NCBI RefSeq assembly: GCF_000039765.1
Contig: NC_004460.2
Location: 180,001-212,000, forward strand
Direction: 5' to 3'
Source of the DNA: Vibrio vulnificus CMCP6
GTDB lineage: Bacteria > Pseudomonadota > Gammaproteobacteria > Enterobacterales > Vibrionaceae
Length of the DNA: 32,000 nt
Shown here: positions 28,805-32,000 of the stretch, piece by piece
Numbering within the stretch: the stretch's first letter is position 1
Layout of the letters: each line of letters starts with the position of its first letter
The notes under the pieces: model-generated
The model's input: the letters and a program-made list of their open reading frames with translations, nothing else
The model's database searches: none
What the model was told of the DNA's origin: nothing
Translations under genes and position numbers: made by a program

Positions 28805-29185
28805 TTAATCTTCTTCGATTGAGTTTAGGTACTCTTCTGCATCTTTCAGATTATCAAGCTCTGAAGGATCAGACAGTTTCACCTTAACAATCCAACCGCC
28901 TTCGTACGGTTCCTCGTTGATTAGCTCTGGGCTATCAGAAAGCTCTTCATTCACTTCAACGACTTCACCGGTTACTGGTGCGTAGATGTCTGACGCCGCT
29001 TTTACGGATTCAACCAGTGAAAAGCTTTCACCTGCTTCGATTTCCGCTTCAAGCTCAGGTAGCTCGACGAATACCACATCACCCAGCATTTCTTGAGCGT
29101 GCTCAGAGATACCGATAGTTACAGTGCCGTCACCGTTGTCGCGAACCCACTCGTGGCTTTCTGTAAACTTCAGTGTTTTGTCCAT
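28805..29185 (-). CDS. gcvH: Glycine cleavage system H protein
   Basis: [30 protein letters not shown] with the lipoyl-lysine context. Confidence 0.98.
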   Translation of the reverse strand: MDKTLKFTESHEWVRDNGDGTVTIGISEHAQEMLGDVVFVELPELEAEIEAGESFSLVESVKAASDIYAPVTGEVVEVNEELSDSPELINEEPYEGGWIVKVKLSDPSELDNLKDAEEYLNSIEED

Positions 29186-29227
29186 TGCATAATCTCCAAA
29201 ATATCGTATTAGGATTTAAATTTGTGG

Positions 29228-30544
29228 TTACTGGTAAAGTGGGAAGCGTGAACAGAGTGCTTTTACTTCTTTACGCACGCGTTGTTCTACTTCTGCGTTG
29301 CCCTCTGGGTTTTCAACTAACCCATCGAGAACATCACCAATCCAGTGACCTATTAATTTGAATTCTTCTGCGCCAAAGCCTCGGCTTGTACCCGCTGGCG
29401 TGCCCAAACGAACACCCGATGTAATCATAGGTTTTTCTGTGTCGAATGGGATGCCATTTTTGTTACATGTGATCCCCGCACGCTCTAGTGCTTCTTCTGC
29501 TTTGTTACCTTTCAATCCCTTAGGACGAAGATCAACCAGCATTAGGTGCGTGTCCGTTCCGCCAGTCACAATGTCACAACCGCGAGTTTGCAACACTTCA
29601 GCAAGAACTTTTGCGTTATCGATCACCGAATCGATATAAGTTTTGAACTCAGGGCCGAGTGCTTCGCCAAACGCCACTGCTTTCGCTGCAATCACGTGCA
29701 TCAGCGGGCCGCCTTGTAGGCCAGGGAATACCGCAGAGTTGATTTTCTTAATGATTTCTTCGTGATTGGTGAGGATCATGCCGCCGCGTGGGCCGCGTAG
29801 CGTTTTGTGTGTGGTGGTGGTCACCACGTGTGCATGAGGCAGTGGGCTAGGGTGTGCGCCTGTGGCGATCAAACCCGCGATGTGCGCCATATCGACCATC
29901 AAAATCGCGCCAACTTCGTCAGCGATTTCACGGAACTTGGCAAAATCAATCACGCGAGGAATCGCGCTGCCACCAGCAATAATCATTTTTGGTTTGTGTT
30001 CTACCGCCAGTGCGCGAACATCATCGTAGTTGATTTCGAGCGTCTCTTTATCAACGCCGTATTGAACGGCGTTAAACCATTTGCCCGAAAGAGCAGGGCG
30101 TGCACCGTGAGTTAAGTGGCCACCTGCATCGAGCGACATGCCCATAATGGTGTCGCCAGGTTGCAATAGCGCCAGTTTCACCGCGCCGTTGGCTTGAGCG
30201 CCAGAGTGCGGTTGAACGTTTGCGTATTCGCAATTAAAAAGTTTTTTCGCGCGTTCGATAGCGATGGCTTCCACGGTATCAACGTGTTCACAACCACCGT
30301 AGTAACGACGACCTGGGTAACCTTCTGCGTATTTATTGGTGAGGCAGGTGCCTTGCGCTTGCATGACCGCTTTAGACACGATGTTCTCAGAAGCGATCAA
30401 TTCGATTTGTTCATTTTGACGTGTAAATTCGGCTTGAATACCAGCAAAAACGGCATCATCCGTTGCAGACAAGTTAGTCGAGAAAAAGTTTTCCAAGCTG
30501 TGATTTTGGTAATGACTATTCATGGTAGATAACCTTTCAATCAT
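29228..30544 (-). CDS. glyA: Serine hydroxymethyltransferase
   Basis: [46 protein letters not shown] (PLP lysine). Confidence 0.98.
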   Translation of the reverse strand: MIERLSTMNSHYQNHSLENFFSTNLSATDDAVFAGIQAEFTRQNEQIELIASENIVSKAVMQAQGTCLTNKYAEGYPGRRYYGGCEHVDTVEAIAIERAKKLFNCEYANVQPHSGAQANGAVKLALLQPGDTIMGMSLDAGGHLTHGARPALSGKWFNAVQYGVDKETLEINYDDVRALAVEHKPKMIIAGGSAIPRVIDFAKFREIADEVGAILMVDMAHIAGLIATGAHPSPLPHAHVVTTTTHKTLRGPRGGMILTNHEEIIKKINSAVFPGLQGGPLMHVIAAKAVAFGEALGPEFKTYIDSVIDNAKVLAEVLQTRGCDIVTGGTDTHLMLVDLRPKGLKGNKAEEALERAGITCNKNGIPFDTEKPMITSGVRLGTPAGTSRGFGAEEFKLIGHWIGDVLDGLVENPEGNAEVEQRVRKEVKALCSRFPLYQ

Positions 30545-30769
30545 CCGTCGAATCGGCGTCTTTGCTTTACGATCCGACCGTCCTTTATAACAACCGTTTG
30601 GCGCTGTTTTTGTGATTTGTTTTCACACACCAAACAGAGTGAATTCCGTCCCAAATGGGTTCAAAAGGCCGCTGAATAGCATCAAATCCATTGTCTATTT
30701 CAAGCGGAAAAAGCATCTCTTCATCTAACAAGTCGGTAACATACCCGTTGTTCAGTGAACAATCAACAA

Positions 30770-30786
30770 AAATTTCCTATAGGAAA
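30770..30786. promoter_or_regulatory. Palindromic operator candidate in the glyA/XRE divergent region
   Basis: AAATTTCCTATAGGAAA containing the perfect palindrome TTTCCTATAGGAAA; AAATTTCCTATAG recurs at 31545-31557. Confidence 0.5.
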
Positions 30787-30906
30787 CAGAGATTCGGATT
30801 TTGTTAACAGGAGCACGCTTTATTTAACTTGGTGGACTTTTCTCCACTTTACGCTTCATGCACAATGTTTTGTAAACAGGAAGCGTATAAGAAACATGAG
30901 GGATTT

Positions 30907-31530
30907 ATGTCGGAAGAATTGTATGACGAGTACCCGTCCCTGACATTAGCGAAAGAATCGCAAGAGCAAAATATCGAGCCATTGAAGCTTGGCCAACGCA
31001 TTAAAGAAGTGCGCTCACGCCTCGGTATTACGCTTGAAGAAGCCAGCCAACGAACCGGTTTGGCGCGTTCAACACTGAGCAAAATCGAGAACGAACAGAT
31101 TTCTCCTACCTTTCAAGCAATGCAGAAACTCGCGCACGGTTTGAAAATTGATATGCCACAACTCTTTGAACCGCCAAGAAAAAAGGTTGCAACTGGACGT
31201 CGTGATATTACGTTGGCAGGGCAAGGAAAACCACACCCAACACAAACTTACGAGCACGAACTGTTGGCCACTCAGCTGTCGAATAAAAAGATGATGCCGT
31301 TCAAAAGTGTGGTGCATGCGCGCACGTTTGAAGAGTATGGCGATTGGGTTCGTCACGATGGCGAAGAGTTCTTGCTGATCTTATCTGGCGCGGTGCAATT
31401 CTATTCTGAGTTCTATGAGCCTGTGGTTCTGAGCGAAGGGGACAGCGTCTATTACGATGCGAACATGGGGCATATGTTGGTCTCCGTTAGTGAGGAAGAT
31501 GCGCACATTTTGTGGGTGACAGCAAAATAG
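30907..31530 (+). CDS. XRE-family regulator with C-terminal cupin domain
   Basis: LGQRIKEVRSRLGITLEEASQRTGLARSTLSKIENEQISPTFQAMQKLAHGL; cupin-type LSGAVQFYSEFYEPVVLSEGDSVYYDANMGHMLVSV. Confidence 0.92.
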   Translation: MSEELYDEYPSLTLAKESQEQNIEPLKLGQRIKEVRSRLGITLEEASQRTGLARSTLSKIENEQISPTFQAMQKLAHGLKIDMPQLFEPPRKKVATGRRDITLAGQGKPHPTQTYEHELLATQLSNKKMMPFKSVVHARTFEEYGDWVRHDGEEFLLILSGAVQFYSEFYEPVVLSEGDSVYYDANMGHMLVSVSEEDAHILWVTAK

Positions 31531-31559
31531 TTTTAAAAAGATGTAAATTTCCTATAGTG

Positions 31560-31577
31560 AAAGCAAACGTTTGCTTT
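31560..31577. promoter_or_regulatory. PurR-box-like operator candidate
   Basis: Perfect 18-bp palindrome AAAGCAAACGTTTGCTTT, close to the PurR consensus ACGCAAACGTTTGCGT. Confidence 0.5.
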
Positions 31578-31599
31578 TGTTTGAAACAAGATTAGAATA

Positions 31600-31640
31600 G
31601 CGCCGCTCTGATGATAATTCCGTCAATGCGGCGCTTTTTT
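31600..31640 (+). terminator. Rho-independent terminator between XRE and gcvT
   Basis: GCGCCGC...GCGGCGC followed by TTTTTT. Confidence 0.75.
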
Positions 31641-31819
31641 GTGGCTGCTTAATGTGATTAAATTGTTAAAAGTCACATTTTGAGCAGGACCCAGTAGGTT
31701 GAACGTGCAAATTAGCACAACACATGTTTATTATTGGAAACACAGTTTCCTTTGAGTGGAAATCTGGACAATTAATTGCTGATAGATCGCTGTGATGGGT
31801 CTAGCTAATGGAGACGAAA

Positions 31820-32000
31820 ATGACTCAAGAACAATCAGACCAAGTACTACTTAAAACACCACTTCACGCATTGCACATTGAAGTGGGTGCGAAAATGGTG
31901 CCATTCGCTGGTTACGACATGCCAGTTCAATACCCGTTAGGTGTGAAGAAAGAACACTTGCACACGCGTGAAGCGGCAGGCCTGTTTGATGTGTCTCACA
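31820..32000 (+). CDS. gcvT: Aminomethyltransferase (T protein), N-terminal part, continues beyond the window
   Basis: [60 protein letters not shown]. Confidence 0.95.
   Translation, partial: MTQEQSDQVLLKTPLHALHIEVGAKMVPFAGYDMPVQYPLGVKKEHLHTREAAGLFDVSH

Noticed and set aside
29358-30532. ORFs antisense to glyA
   Set aside because: Shadow ORFs of a highly conserved gene; no independent coding evidence.
31541-31819. Possible glycine riboswitch upstream of gcvT
   Set aside because: I looked for the GGAGAG ... CCGAAGGGGCAA ... CUCAGGCAAAAGGACAG aptamer pattern and did not see it. A covariance search would be definitive.
1-32000. CRISPR arrays, tRNA and rRNA genes
   Set aside because: No regularly spaced repeats and no recognisable tRNA/rRNA sequence were noticed on reading; tRNAscan-SE and a CRISPR finder would confirm.

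Overview
This is a gamma-proteobacterial chromosomal window, most likely Vibrio (inferred from gene content and protein style, not from a database search). Left to right it contains: (1) a truncated alkaline-phosphatase-superfamily gene, an FGE/SUMF1-like lipoprotein, a radical-SAM anaerobic sulfatase-maturase-like gene and a HEAT/TPR protein; (2) a FAN1-like VRR-NUC nuclease and an OFA-family MFS transporter; (3) a complete IS4-group insertion sequence (about 1.43 kb) inserted in the loop of a rho-independent terminator; (4) an EmrAB-like efflux pair, a DUF4172-type Fic protein, a divergent LysR/AhpD-like pair, a carbon-nitrogen hydrolase, a nucleotidyltransferase and an MsbA-like ABC exporter; (5) an accessory segment (~21.43-25.79 kb) with defence-type genes between the ABC exporter and gcvP; (6) the glycine cluster gcvP-gcvH-glyA, divergent from an XRE-cupin regulator and the start of gcvT. 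The accessory segment holds an AbiE-type pair with a shortened toxin, a 622-aa P-loop + dCMP-deaminase protein resembling the AvcD/DcdV anti-phage deaminases, a small ORF directly downstream of it, and a junction of two truncated genes (DUF4041/T5orf172 tail and UvrD-like helicase tail) bracketed by two near-identical terminator hairpins. The deaminase locus and its structured upstream region, possibly an AvcI-like RNA, are the strongest candidates for follow-up. No CRISPR array, tRNA or rRNA was recognised.
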